The notes under the pieces: model-generated
Database searches by the model: none
What the model was told of the DNA's origin: nothing
What the model saw: only the letters and a program-made list of their open reading frames with translations
DNA from: Myxococcota bacterium
GTDB taxonomy: Bacteria > Myxococcota_A > UBA796 > CAJQPC01
NCBI GenBank assembly: GCA_036012755.1
Contig: DASCPX010000063.1
Coordinates: 1 to 64,000 of the forward strand
Direction: 5' to 3'
Length of the DNA: 64,000 bases
Position numbers and translations under genes: made by a program
Part shown: positions 20,505 through 29,598 of the stretch, in pieces
Numbering within the stretch: the first letter of the stretch is position 1
Layout: every line of letters starts with the position of its first letter

Positions 20505-21239
20505 CTACCGACGAGACTCCTGACACCCCCGCACCGCCAGCTCGTCGGCGCGCTCGTTCTCTGCCACTCCGACGTGCCCCGCGACCCACTCGATCCGGAA
20601 GTTCGGCCAGCCCGCCAGCCGCTCGCGGAGCCCGAGGATCAGCTCTCGGTTCGCCTTCGCCTTCCAGCCCTGGGTCAGGACCCCGAGGGTGTACTTGCTG
20701 TCGGTGAACAGCGCCACCGCTGCGTCGCTGGAGACCTCGGCCTCCTCGAGCAGGTCCAGCGCCATGTCCACGGCCGTGAGCTCGCCGACGTTGTTCGTGG
20801 CCATGCCCAGGGCCCTCGAGGCCTCGAGCACGCGCCCGTCCGCCAGCTTCACGACCGCTCCGGCGCCGGCTGGCCCCGGGTTGCCCTGGCAGGCTCCGTC
20901 CGTGAAGGCAAGGTGCGTGCTGTCCGGCAGCGCCGCGATGCGGTCCTTTGCGTCCTTCAGCGCCGCCGTCGCCTGGGACTTCGTGCGCGTTCCGGCGCTG
21001 CCAAAGCCGCTGCCTCGCCCGGTGGCTTTTTTCTGCGCGTCGGCAGAGGCTCCCGGCGGCAGCTCCCGTGGACTGCGATCGGTCACCTCCACCCGTGACA
21101 GCCCAGCCCTGTAGATCTTCGCCCCCGCCTTGTCCGAGTAGCGGATCGGCGTGCGTCCGCCAGCCGCCACCAGCACGCCGTCGGCGCCGATCTCCGCCCA
21201 GATGTCCTTGCCTTTGAACCTTGCGCGCACCCAGGCCAC
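20505..21239 (-). CDS. rnhA: Ribonuclease HI with an N-terminal extension
   Basis: FTDGACQGNPGPAG, ATNNVGEL, FTDSKY, WVAGHVG..ENERADELA. GTG start with a GGAGG SD. Confidence 0.9.
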   Translation of the reverse strand: MAWVRARFKGKDIWAEIGADGVLVAAGGRTPIRYSDKAGAKIYRAGLSRVEVTDRSPRELPPGASADAQKKATGRGSGFGSAGTRTKSQATAALKDAKDRIAALPDSTHLAFTDGACQGNPGPAGAGAVVKLADGRVLEASRALGMATNNVGELTAVDMALDLLEEAEVSSDAAVALFTDSKYTLGVLTQGWKAKANRELILGLRERLAGWPNFRIEWVAGHVGVAENERADELAVRGCQESRR

Positions 21240-21271
21240 CGCACCCTCCTTCGTCATGCAACATTGGGCAC

Positions 21272-22870
21272 GTGCTCTGGTTCCTCCTCGCCTGCAAGGT
21301 CGACCCGACACCTTCCGACGTCGAGACCCCCGTCGAGCACGTAGTCCTCTACCCCTTGGAGGAGGCCTGCCTCGTCATCACGCACTGGGTCGACGGCGAT
21401 CGGGATGGCTACGGGGATCCCTCCCTCCCGGTCCTGGCCTGCCCAGGCATCGCGGGCCTGGTCCGCAACGACCTCGACTGCGACGACCTCGACGCGCTGG
21501 TCTCCCCGGACAGCCTCGAGGAGTGCGACGGCATCGACAACGACTGCGACGGTGTCGTCGACGGCGCGGACTCCTACGGCGCCATCCTCGCCTACCCGGA
21601 CGAGGACCTCGACGGCTTCGGCGTGGACGACGACCTCGAGGTGGTCTGCGAGCTGCCCGAGGACTGGGTCCTGCTCGGCGGGGACTGCGACGACCTCGAG
21701 TCGGAGGTGAACCCGGACGCCCTCGAGGTCGTCGACGGCGTCGACAACGACTGCGATGGGGTGGCTGATGACGGCTTCGTCTTCGGCGACGGGGCCGACG
21801 GGGCGCTCGTGGTCAACGGGAGCGAGGACCTCTCGGACCACGGCTTCGCCTGCACACCCGTCCTCGGCTTCGAGGCTGGCTCGTTCGTGGTCGAGGACAG
21901 CTCATCCTTCGAAAACGGCGACCGGGCGCTCGTCATCGACCAACAGGGCACGACCACCTCCACCAGGCACATCGGCGAGGTCGAGTGGGTGGACGTCCTC
22001 GCCGTGGAGGAGGGCCTGCTCACGCCCCTGTCGGAGCTCGAGGATCTCGGCGAGGTCGACCCGGATTTGCACAGGCTGGCCTTGTACAGGGTCCCGAGCT
22101 TCAGCAGCGTCGAGGTCCACGGTCAGCTCACGGCCCCCGGCTGGGACGAGGGCTGCGGTGGGCTGCTGGTGCTGCTCGCCAGCGAGTCCGTCGAGGTCAC
22201 CGGCGTGGTGGAGATGACCGGAGCTGGCTTCGCCGGCGGGACCACGAACATCGAGCCCGACACCTCCGGCCGCGCTGGCGAGAGCTGGCTCGGCCTCGGC
22301 GCAAAGAACAACAAGGCCAACGCCGGTGGGGGCGGTGGAGGAGGAATCGTCGTCGCTTCATGCCCCGACTGCGAGTCCAGCGGAGGCGGCGGTGGCTACG
22401 GTGACGACGGAGTCGATGGGGAGCGCTCCCACCCCACGAAGGGCAACGGCGGCCAGGGAGGGGTCGAGTACGGGGAGACCGACCTGGAGCACCTCCACCT
22501 CGGCTCCGGTGGCGGCGCCGGGGCCTGTGACACGGCCAGCGAGGGCGGGATCGGCGGCGCCGGCGGTGCAGGAGGCGGGGCCATCTGGCTGCGCGCACCT
22601 GTCGTCGATGTCGGGGGCACCCTCGACGTGAGAGGCACCGACGGCGAGGGAGGCTGCGCCGCAGAGGACGACTACTGCGGGACCGGCTCGACGAGCGAGG
22701 CTGGCAGCGGCGGCGGCGGCTCCGGTGGCAGCGTGCGCGTCCAGGGCGACACGATGGCGGTCAGCACGCTGTTGTTGGACGGGGGTCCTGGCGCTCCAGC
22801 GAACGATGGCAGCGAGGGCTGGGCCGGCGACGGGTCCGTCGGACGATCGAGGATGGAGACCGTCGACTGA
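21272..22870 (+). CDS. Surface lipoprotein with Asp/Cys metal-binding (MopE-related) repeats and a Gly-rich domain
   Basis: MLWFLLAC. Two DxDxDG(Y/F)G..DCDD..DGxDNDCDG units, FGDGADG, and multiple GGGGGG/GGGSGGS blocks. Confidence 0.75.
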   Translation: MLWFLLACKVDPTPSDVETPVEHVVLYPLEEACLVITHWVDGDRDGYGDPSLPVLACPGIAGLVRNDLDCDDLDALVSPDSLEECDGIDNDCDGVVDGADSYGAILAYPDEDLDGFGVDDDLEVVCELPEDWVLLGGDCDDLESEVNPDALEVVDGVDNDCDGVADDGFVFGDGADGALVVNGSEDLSDHGFACTPVLGFEAGSFVVEDSSSFENGDRALVIDQQGTTTSTRHIGEVEWVDVLAVEEGLLTPLSELEDLGEVDPDLHRLALYRVPSFSSVEVHGQLTAPGWDEGCGGLLVLLASESVEVTGVVEMTGAGFAGGTTNIEPDTSGRAGESWLGLGAKNNKANAGGGGGGGIVVASCPDCESSGGGGGYGDDGVDGERSHPTKGNGGQGGVEYGETDLEHLHLGSGGGAGACDTASEGGIGGAGGAGGGAIWLRAPVVDVGGTLDVRGTDGEGGCAAEDDYCGTGSTSEAGSGGGGSGGSVRVQGDTMAVSTLLLDGGPGAPANDGSEGWAGDGSVGRSRMETVD

Positions 22871-25756
22871 TCAGCCGCGACCACGCCTGCTGAGCGCGGC
22901 GTTGGCCTCGCGAAGGCGCCGCACGACGACCAGCAGGATCTCCTCCTGGATCGATGGCCGGTGCGCCATGAGCTCGGCGAGGTCGGCGCCGTTGAGCACG
23001 AGCACCACCGTGTCCTCTGCGGCGACGCAGTCCGCGCTCCGAGGTTCCTCGTCCAGCACTGCGAGTTCGCCGAAGACCTCTCTCGGCCCGAGGCGGGCCA
23101 GGTCCACCCGCTTGTCCCGGATGGCGACCGCCCCCTGCACGATGACGAAGAGCTCATCCCCTGGATCGCCCTTGCAGAGGACGCTCTCGTCGGCGGCGTA
23201 GCTGCGCGAGGAGACGACCTCTGCGACCGCCCGGAGGTCCTCGCCGCCGAGACGGGCGAACAGCGGCACGCTGCGAAGGAACGTGAGGCGCTGGTAGAGG
23301 GGAATCACGGCGTCCTCGTAGTCCCGAGGGTAGCGCTCGAAGAAGCGGGGTCCGTAGGCGACCATCGCACAGCGCAACAGGTGGCGATCGTTCAGCTCGC
23401 GTAGCTCTCGCAAGGGGTCGAGCAGCGCCGCGGCGATCCGCTCGGCGTCCCGCCCCGCCTCGAAGCGCTCCCGCACCGACAGGGGAGCGAAGAGGGGGAC
23501 GAGCTCGTCCCGGAGATCCTCGTCGACCGCGGTGTCGACGAGCTCGGCGACCTTGACGCTCCAGCCGCGTCGCGGCTTCAGACCCAGCGACAGGGCGGAG
23601 ACCAGCTCCCGCTCGCCGCTGAGCGCCAGGAGGCACAACAGCCGCCTGCCGCTGGCGTCGATGGCCAGCTCGAGCTCACGACCGAGGCGATCGAAGGGCG
23701 GGTCGATGGACCAGTCCTCGCTCCAGTCGTCATGAGCGAGCCCGCCGTGGATGGCGACGAGGTTCCAGGCCCGCGCCGTCTCGTCCTCCAAGAGCGGGGC
23801 GAGGCGGTCACTGGGAAGCCGCAGGCGCCGGATGCGCACGAGCATGGTGACCGCGCGGGTCGCTTCGGTGCGTACGCCGGGGTCGTGGTGGCCCAGGAGC
23901 TCGAGCAGCAGCTCTTGGGCCTGCCTTCCGCGGGTCTGGCCCAGGGACAGGATCAGGCTCCGCACCGCTCGCCCGTCGACGTCTGCGAGCAGCTCGAGGC
24001 GTCCGGCCCTCGCGAGATCCCCCAGCGCGGCCTCCCGGACGGTGGCGATGGGGCTGCTCAGCTGCGGCGCCCAGTCCACGTCGCCGTCGAGCTCGGAGAG
24101 CCCGATCCTGCACCAGGTGCGGACCTCCAGGTCGTCGTCGAGCAGACCCTGGGCGAAGACCTCGCGGCATCGGGCCGTCGCCACGGAGCGAAGGGCACGC
24201 ACACAGCTCCTCCGGACCTCGACGGCGGGGTCGGTCAAGAGCAGCTGGCCGAGGGGCCCGATCGCGGTCTGAGGCCCCAGGCGAGCGAGCTGTGTGGCGC
24301 TGACCGCGCGCACGGAAGCCGCGGAGTGACGCAAGGCCGTGAGCATCGTCGGAAAGGCACCGGGATCCCGCCCGAGCAGCTCCACCGCGATCTCGGCTCC
24401 GGGGGCCGCCCCGACCCGCAGCTCGCGCTCGAGCGCCTGGACCACGTCGGCGCCGAGCTCGAGCGGCCCCTTCTCTCCGAGGCGTAGCCGGGAGGGATCG
24501 ATGCTCTGGCGCAGGGCGGCGACGTAGGCGCGACGGACGGTCAGGGCCACGACGAGGACCATGGCGCCACCGATCGCGCAGGCACCGCCGACCAGCAGGC
24601 GGGCGTCGAGATCAGCGGGTATCAACGCCAGCGCCAGGGCCGACAGCGCGTAGCCGCCGGGGCCGATGACACCCCGCACCAGCGCCCTGGCCTGGCTGCG
24701 TCGGACCACCGGCAGCGGTGTCTGGGTCTGGACCAGCGAGGCCGACCACAGGGCTTGCTTCAGGACCCGGTAGCCCCCTCGGAGGAGGGCGGCGCCCACC
24801 AGCCCCGGGAAGAAGAGCAGGGCCCCGGCGACGAGGCAGGCCCAGCCTGGGGCCGCGAGCAGGGTGCGGGGAGCGCCCAGCTTCGAGATGAGGCGCCCAC
24901 TGACCACCAGCAGCAGCACGAGGCCCAGGGTGGAGGTGAGGGCGTAGTAGAGGCCGAAGAAGCCGGCGATGGCCTCGCCGTCTCCGAGCTCGGCGCGGGC
25001 GGCGGTCATGAGCCCGAGGTCCATGAGCTGCTCGAGGACCAGCAGGAGCACGGACAGCACCGCCGCGATGCGCATCAGCGGCGTCTCCACGACGAACCGA
25101 AGCCCGCGCTTCCAGCTCTCCAGCAGGTCGATGCGCCGGTGGCCTCGCGTCGCCCGACCGAGGTCCTGCTTCACCACCCGGCGCAGGACCAACAGCCCGA
25201 CGCTGAGCAGGGCCGGGGCCAGCGCGATGAGGCCGGACTCCCCGACGAGGCCCACCAGGAGCGGGACGGCCGCGCCACCGACGATCCAGGCCGCGCTCGC
25301 CCCGACGCCGGCCAGGGGTAGGAGCCGCTTGGCGGAGCGGGCGTTGCAGGCCTCGCTGACCACGCTCCAGGTCTGGATGACGAGCAGCCCGGTGACGGCC
25401 TCCACCACGACGTAGGCGGCGAAGGCTGTGCCGGGCACGCCAGTGTGGAGGAGACCCCAGACGGCGAGGCAGACGCCGCCGCTGCCCGCGAGGGTGAAGC
25501 GGAGCAGCGGCGCGGGGCCGAGGCGCCCGCCCAGCGCGGCGGAGACGCTGGAGATGAGCATCAGCACCAGGGCCGAGAGCGCGAAGGCCCAGGGCAGCGC
25601 AGAGGCGGGGTAGGCGTCGAGGAAGACCCCGATCTGGGCCGACTTCAACAGGGCGAAGCTGGCCGAGATGGCGAAGACGAGGCCGCAGAGCCGGGCGGCT
25701 CGGCGCTCTTCGCCCGCTGGGATGCCGAAGAGCCGGCTCACTCGCTCAGCCCGCAC
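22871..25756 (-). CDS. Npt1/TLC-like MFS membrane domain + HEAT repeats + C-terminal cNMP-binding domain
   Basis: About 12 hydrophobic helices with the IQTW....NARSAKRLLPL motif, HEAT-like repeats (VRRSCVRAL, VREAAL, DPGVRTEA), and a cNMP domain (GDPGDELFVI, FGELAVLDEEPRSA). Confidence 0.8.
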   Translation of the reverse strand: MRAERVSRLFGIPAGEERRAARLCGLVFAISASFALLKSAQIGVFLDAYPASALPWAFALSALVLMLISSVSAALGGRLGPAPLLRFTLAGSGGVCLAVWGLLHTGVPGTAFAAYVVVEAVTGLLVIQTWSVVSEACNARSAKRLLPLAGVGASAAWIVGGAAVPLLVGLVGESGLIALAPALLSVGLLVLRRVVKQDLGRATRGHRRIDLLESWKRGLRFVVETPLMRIAAVLSVLLLVLEQLMDLGLMTAARAELGDGEAIAGFFGLYYALTSTLGLVLLLVVSGRLISKLGAPRTLLAAPGWACLVAGALLFFPGLVGAALLRGGYRVLKQALWSASLVQTQTPLPVVRRSQARALVRGVIGPGGYALSALALALIPADLDARLLVGGACAIGGAMVLVVALTVRRAYVAALRQSIDPSRLRLGEKGPLELGADVVQALERELRVGAAPGAEIAVELLGRDPGAFPTMLTALRHSAASVRAVSATQLARLGPQTAIGPLGQLLLTDPAVEVRRSCVRALRSVATARCREVFAQGLLDDDLEVRTWCRIGLSELDGDVDWAPQLSSPIATVREAALGDLARAGRLELLADVDGRAVRSLILSLGQTRGRQAQELLLELLGHHDPGVRTEATRAVTMLVRIRRLRLPSDRLAPLLEDETARAWNLVAIHGGLAHDDWSEDWSIDPPFDRLGRELELAIDASGRRLLCLLALSGERELVSALSLGLKPRRGWSVKVAELVDTAVDEDLRDELVPLFAPLSVRERFEAGRDAERIAAALLDPLRELRELNDRHLLRCAMVAYGPRFFERYPRDYEDAVIPLYQRLTFLRSVPLFARLGGEDLRAVAEVVSSRSYAADESVLCKGDPGDELFVIVQGAVAIRDKRVDLARLGPREVFGELAVLDEEPRSADCVAAEDTVVLVLNGADLAELMAHRPSIQEEILLVVVRRLREANAALSRRGRG

Positions 25757-27030
25757 CCGCCGGGGAGATCGGAGGGGCCGTCGGGCACGAGGTAGCCATC
25801 GGTCACGCCCTCCAGTCCGCTGGTCTCCGTGGGGCCCGGGCAGCCCTGGTCGATCCAGGCCTGGACCAGCATGATGTCCGCGAGCGGGATCGCAGGGAGG
25901 CCCAGGGGCATGCCGAGGGCCGCTGAGTAGGGCGGCCGCTCTCGGTCCTCGCCCGGGGCGAGATGGTCGCGTCTGGCTTCCACGTGGCGCAGCATCATGG
26001 AGTCGACGAGGCCTTCGGTCAGCGGAACCCGCTCGCCGTCCTCGAGATAGCCCCGTCGCAGCTCGTCGTAGGTGCGCATCGAGAGGTCGACGCCGTCGTA
26101 GCCCAGGCCCCCTTCATTCCCGGGGCCCGGGTCCTTCTCGTGGTCGTTCATGTGGCAGTGCACGCAGATGTGGCCGAACACCGCTTCGTCGACCTCGGCC
26201 CAGGTGACCTCGCGTTCCACCGCCGAGGTCATGACCGTCAGGGGCTCGGGGGGTGTGGGCTCCAGCTCTGGATCGACGTGCCAGAGCCAGTCCCGCAGGA
26301 GCTCCGCCTCCGCCCGGGTCAGCCCCAGGCCAGGCATCAGCGCCCCCGGACTCATGGCCTGGGGATCCTGGATCCAGGCCGCGGCGGCTTCGGGGGTCAT
26401 GCGCTGTCGAACGAACCTCAGGTTTGGCGCCATCGCGCTGAGCGGGCTGCGACCCGGGTCTCCGATGTTGCCGACGAAGTGACAGCCGCCGCAGCCCTTC
26501 GCCTCGTAGAGCGCAGCGCCGGCCTCCATGTCGGGGACCGGCGGCGCGGTGACCGTCGGGGCCCGCTCCACGTTGGCGACGGCCGCGAAGTAGTCCCCCA
26601 GGATCCGGCGCTCCTCTGGGGACAGCCTGGTCCGGATCATGGACTCCTCCAGGTGGGGCCGGATGTCCTCTGGGGCTGCGAGGAAGCCCTCGATCCAGTC
26701 GGGCCGCACCCGCCCGCCGATACCCGAGAGATCCGGCAGGACCTTCAGGTGCTCGATCTTGTCCTGGTAGCGGAGCAGGACCTCCTCGCCGTACTTCTCG
26801 CTGATCGAGACGTAGTGCTCGCTGCCGGGCTCGAGCCCGTCGAGCCAGAGGTGGCAGCTCGTGCAGTTGTCTTCGCGCGGGGGCTCGGGCAGATCGTCGA
26901 CCAGGTGGCAGCGCCGGCACTCGTGTCGGGTGAGCACCGCCTCGCCGGCCTCGACGGCTGCTCCTCGACTCTGTTCGGTCCAGGTCACCGCCGGCTCCGG
27001 ATCCGAGCAGCAGAGCAGGGCGAACAGCAC
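25738..27030 (-). CDS. Tetraheme c-type cytochrome lipoprotein
   Basis: Four CxxCH motifs (CRRCH, CTSCH, CGGCH, CVHCH) with candidate distal Met motifs (SMI, LMP, GMP). GTG start MLFALLCC preceded by TAACGT. Confidence 0.8.
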   Translation of the reverse strand: MLFALLCCSDPEPAVTWTEQSRGAAVEAGEAVLTRHECRRCHLVDDLPEPPREDNCTSCHLWLDGLEPGSEHYVSISEKYGEEVLLRYQDKIEHLKVLPDLSGIGGRVRPDWIEGFLAAPEDIRPHLEESMIRTRLSPEERRILGDYFAAVANVERAPTVTAPPVPDMEAGAALYEAKGCGGCHFVGNIGDPGRSPLSAMAPNLRFVRQRMTPEAAAAWIQDPQAMSPGALMPGLGLTRAEAELLRDWLWHVDPELEPTPPEPLTVMTSAVEREVTWAEVDEAVFGHICVHCHMNDHEKDPGPGNEGGLGYDGVDLSMRTYDELRRGYLEDGERVPLTEGLVDSMMLRHVEARRDHLAPGEDRERPPYSAALGMPLGLPAIPLADIMLVQAWIDQGCPGPTETSGLEGVTDGYLVPDGPSDLPGGCGLSE

Positions 27031-27064
27031 GCCTCGGACGTTATCAGCGCACCGAGGTGTGCGC

Positions 27065-27676
27065 ATGAGGGTGCTGGGTCTCGACGAGGCTGGACGTGGC
27101 TGCGTGCTCGGGCCCCTGGTCGTAGGTGGGTTCTGTTGTGATCTCGAGGCCATCGACGCCCTCCGAGAGGCCGGCGCGGACGACTCGAAGGCTCTGAGCG
27201 CCAAGCGCCGCGAGGCGCTCCTGGAGCCCCTGTCGAAGCTGGGCGAGTGGACGCTCAGGTACGTCGAGGCCGTCGAGATCGACAAGGGCAACATCAACGC
27301 CCTGGAAGAGGACGCCTTCGTGGCGCTCATCGAGCACTACCGACCAGGGCGCGTGATCATCGACGCCCCGGTCCACCCCAAGGGGATCCCCAAGTTCGTG
27401 AAGCGACTGCGGGGGCGCCTCAGCCTTCAGCCGGAGCTGATCGTCGAGCCGAAGGCCGACGCGAACCACGCGCCCTGCGGCGCGGCCAGTATCTTCGCGA
27501 AGGTGCACAGGGACCGGCGCATAGCGGCCCTCGGCGAGGTCGGCAGCGGCTACCCGAGCGACCCTGTCACCCGCCGGTGGCTCCTCGGCTTCATCGAGCG
27601 AAAGCAGCCCTTTCCTCCCTCTGTGCGGACACGGTGGGGCACGATCGACGCGTTGAGGCAGCAGTCACTGTTCTGA
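27065..27676 (+). CDS. rnhB: Ribonuclease HII (archaeal/eukaryotic-like signature)
   Basis: GLDEAGRG..LGPLV, DSK, KAD....CGAASIFAKV.RD and GSGYPSDP. Confidence 0.92.
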   Translation: MRVLGLDEAGRGCVLGPLVVGGFCCDLEAIDALREAGADDSKALSAKRREALLEPLSKLGEWTLRYVEAVEIDKGNINALEEDAFVALIEHYRPGRVIIDAPVHPKGIPKFVKRLRGRLSLQPELIVEPKADANHAPCGAASIFAKVHRDRRIAALGEVGSGYPSDPVTRRWLLGFIERKQPFPPSVRTRWGTIDALRQQSLF

Positions 27677-28359
27677 AGCTGGGTCTGAGCGTCCCCCTCT
27701 ACGACGAGGAGGACTGTTGCGAGGAGGTCGTCGCCGACATCCTCACGGCGCTGGGCGCAGCGGGGATCCCTCACACCCTCGCGCTGGTGGACAACGGCAG
27801 CACCGACGGCACCCTGGCCATCATCGAGCGGCTCGCGATCGAGCACCAGGACGTCCTCGTCGTCCGGCTCCAGGACAACGCCGGCTACGGGGGCGGCATC
27901 CTCGCCGGGCTCCAGCAGCTGGACACGCCGATCCTCGGGTGGTGCTGGGGCGACGGCCAGGTCCCACCAGAGGTCCTCGTCGAGGCCTACCGCCTCCTGG
28001 TCGAGGGCTGTGATCTCGCGAAGGCCCGCCGGACCGTGCGCCTCGACGGCGCCCAGCGCCGCGCTGTCACCAGGGTCTACAACGCCGTGATGGCGCTCGG
28101 CTTCGGCCTCGACACCAGCGACGTCAACGGCTGCCCGAAGCTGATGACCCGTGAGGCGTTCGAAGCCCTCCAGCTTCGCAGCAAGGACTGGTTCCTCGAC
28201 CCGGAGTGCATGCTCGGGGCCAAGAAACTCGGGCTCCGTGTGGCCGAGGTCGAAGCCGTGATGAGGCCCCGCTTCGGGGGGGCGTCGAAGGTGAGGGGAG
28301 AGACCATCACGGAGTTCCTCCGCCATCTCTGGGCGTGGAGGCGTGGCTGGAGGCCCTGA
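27673..28359 (+). CDS. GT2 glycosyltransferase (DPM1-like)
   Basis: VPLYDEE, VDNGSTDGT, NAGYGG, GDGQ, DVNGCPKL, R.GGASK. The start is uncertain; probably CTG overlapping the rnhB stop. Confidence 0.85.
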   Translation: MKLGLSVPLYDEEDCCEEVVADILTALGAAGIPHTLALVDNGSTDGTLAIIERLAIEHQDVLVVRLQDNAGYGGGILAGLQQLDTPILGWCWGDGQVPPEVLVEAYRLLVEGCDLAKARRTVRLDGAQRRAVTRVYNAVMALGFGLDTSDVNGCPKLMTREAFEALQLRSKDWFLDPECMLGAKKLGLRVAEVEAVMRPRFGGASKVRGETITEFLRHLWAWRRGWRP

Positions 28360-28387
28360 GGCTGCGTGATGTCGTAGAGTCCGCCCC

Positions 28388-29011
28388 ATGCTGCACCTCT
28401 GGCTCTGTCTGGCCTCGGCGACGCCTGTCCACCTCTTCCTCGGCGGGCGCGCGTCCGACTCCACCGCGGGCACCCTCGACGGGGTGCGCCTGGGCGCCCG
28501 CTACGATGTCGGCCCCGCCGCCGTCGAGGCCAACGCCTTCCTGAATCCGCTGCCGGCCCGCTACGATGGGCTCGACGCTATGCTCGTGTCCATCGCCTAC
28601 CAGGGCGACTCGGACGTCGAGTTCCAGCAGCCGGTCTTCAACGACATCTTCGCCTTCCAGCTGCTGCTCGACGCCACGGTCGTGCCGCTGACGACGGACA
28701 ACTTCAACGGTGGCCCCCACGTCTTCGCCGGGCTCGAGCTGGCGCGCATCGAGCAGCAGTACTTCCTCCGCTACGACCCGGACTCGGGCCTTCCCATGAT
28801 GGAGGCGCTCGGCCTGAAGGTCCGCCCGGGGGGAGTCGTCGGTGGCATCGGCATGGACGCCTGGTTCCGGGACCGCGTGGGGCTGCGGGTGGCCTGGAGC
28901 TCCAGGATCTACCTGGAGGAGGAGCCCAGCTACGACCCGGACATTCCTGTCTCGGGCAGCTCGGTCCAGTTCAACCCCACCACCACCGCCGACATCATGG
29001 TGCGCCTGTGA
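28388..29011 (+). CDS. Putative outer-membrane beta-barrel protein
   Basis: Short signal MLHLWLCLASA, amphipathic beta strands (GIGMDAWF..RVGLRVAW). First of three coupled genes. Confidence 0.6.
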   Translation: MLHLWLCLASATPVHLFLGGRASDSTAGTLDGVRLGARYDVGPAAVEANAFLNPLPARYDGLDAMLVSIAYQGDSDVEFQQPVFNDIFAFQLLLDATVVPLTTDNFNGGPHVFAGLELARIEQQYFLRYDPDSGLPMMEALGLKVRPGGVVGGIGMDAWFRDRVGLRVAWSSRIYLEEEPSYDPDIPVSGSSVQFNPTTTADIMVRL

Positions 29012-29598
29012 TCGCCCTGTTCATCGGACTCGCCGCCGCCTCACCCCAGGGCACCGTCTGGGTGGGCTACGACCACGTCGTCAACGACCCCTTCCTGCGG
29101 CGTCGGGGCCTGCACGTCGGCGCCGGCTTCGCACCGGGTGAGCTCGTGTCCTTCGAGCTCTCGGGAGGCTTCTACCCGGACCTCGGCGTTCTGGACTGGA
29201 CACCGCTGACCAAACAGCTGGTAGACGAGGTCCACGTCTCCCCCGACATCTCCAAGGTGATCGCGCGGGGTGATCTCGGGGTCCGGATCGACCCGCTCTC
29301 CCGTCGCTGGAAGTTCATCGAGGCCCGCAGCGGAGCCCACGCGGGGGTCGGAATGGTCTACACCCGCGACGATCTGGAGGCGCTCCAGGCTCAGAACGAT
29401 CCGGTGGCACTGTCCACCGAGACCCAGGTCCACCCCGCCGCCACGGTGGGGCTGCACGCCGAGCTCAAGACGGACTACGTGGTCGGCCTCCGGGTGAAGA
29501 GCGAGTCCGTTCGCTACATCGAGACCGTGAACGGCACGACCTTGGAGAGCAAGGCCCTCCGCTTCGTGGGCATGGAGGTGGTGGCGTGGTTCCCCTGA
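29008..29598 (+). CDS. Myxobacterial-type outer-membrane beta-barrel protein
   Basis: VNDPFLRR, FYPDLG..DWTPLTKQLV...VSPDISK pattern recalled from the myxobacterial OM barrel family. C-terminal aromatic residues (WFP). Confidence 0.65.
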   Translation: MIALFIGLAAASPQGTVWVGYDHVVNDPFLRRRGLHVGAGFAPGELVSFELSGGFYPDLGVLDWTPLTKQLVDEVHVSPDISKVIARGDLGVRIDPLSRRWKFIEARSGAHAGVGMVYTRDDLEALQAQNDPVALSTETQVHPAATVGLHAELKTDYVVGLRVKSESVRYIETVNGTTLESKALRFVGMEVVAWFP

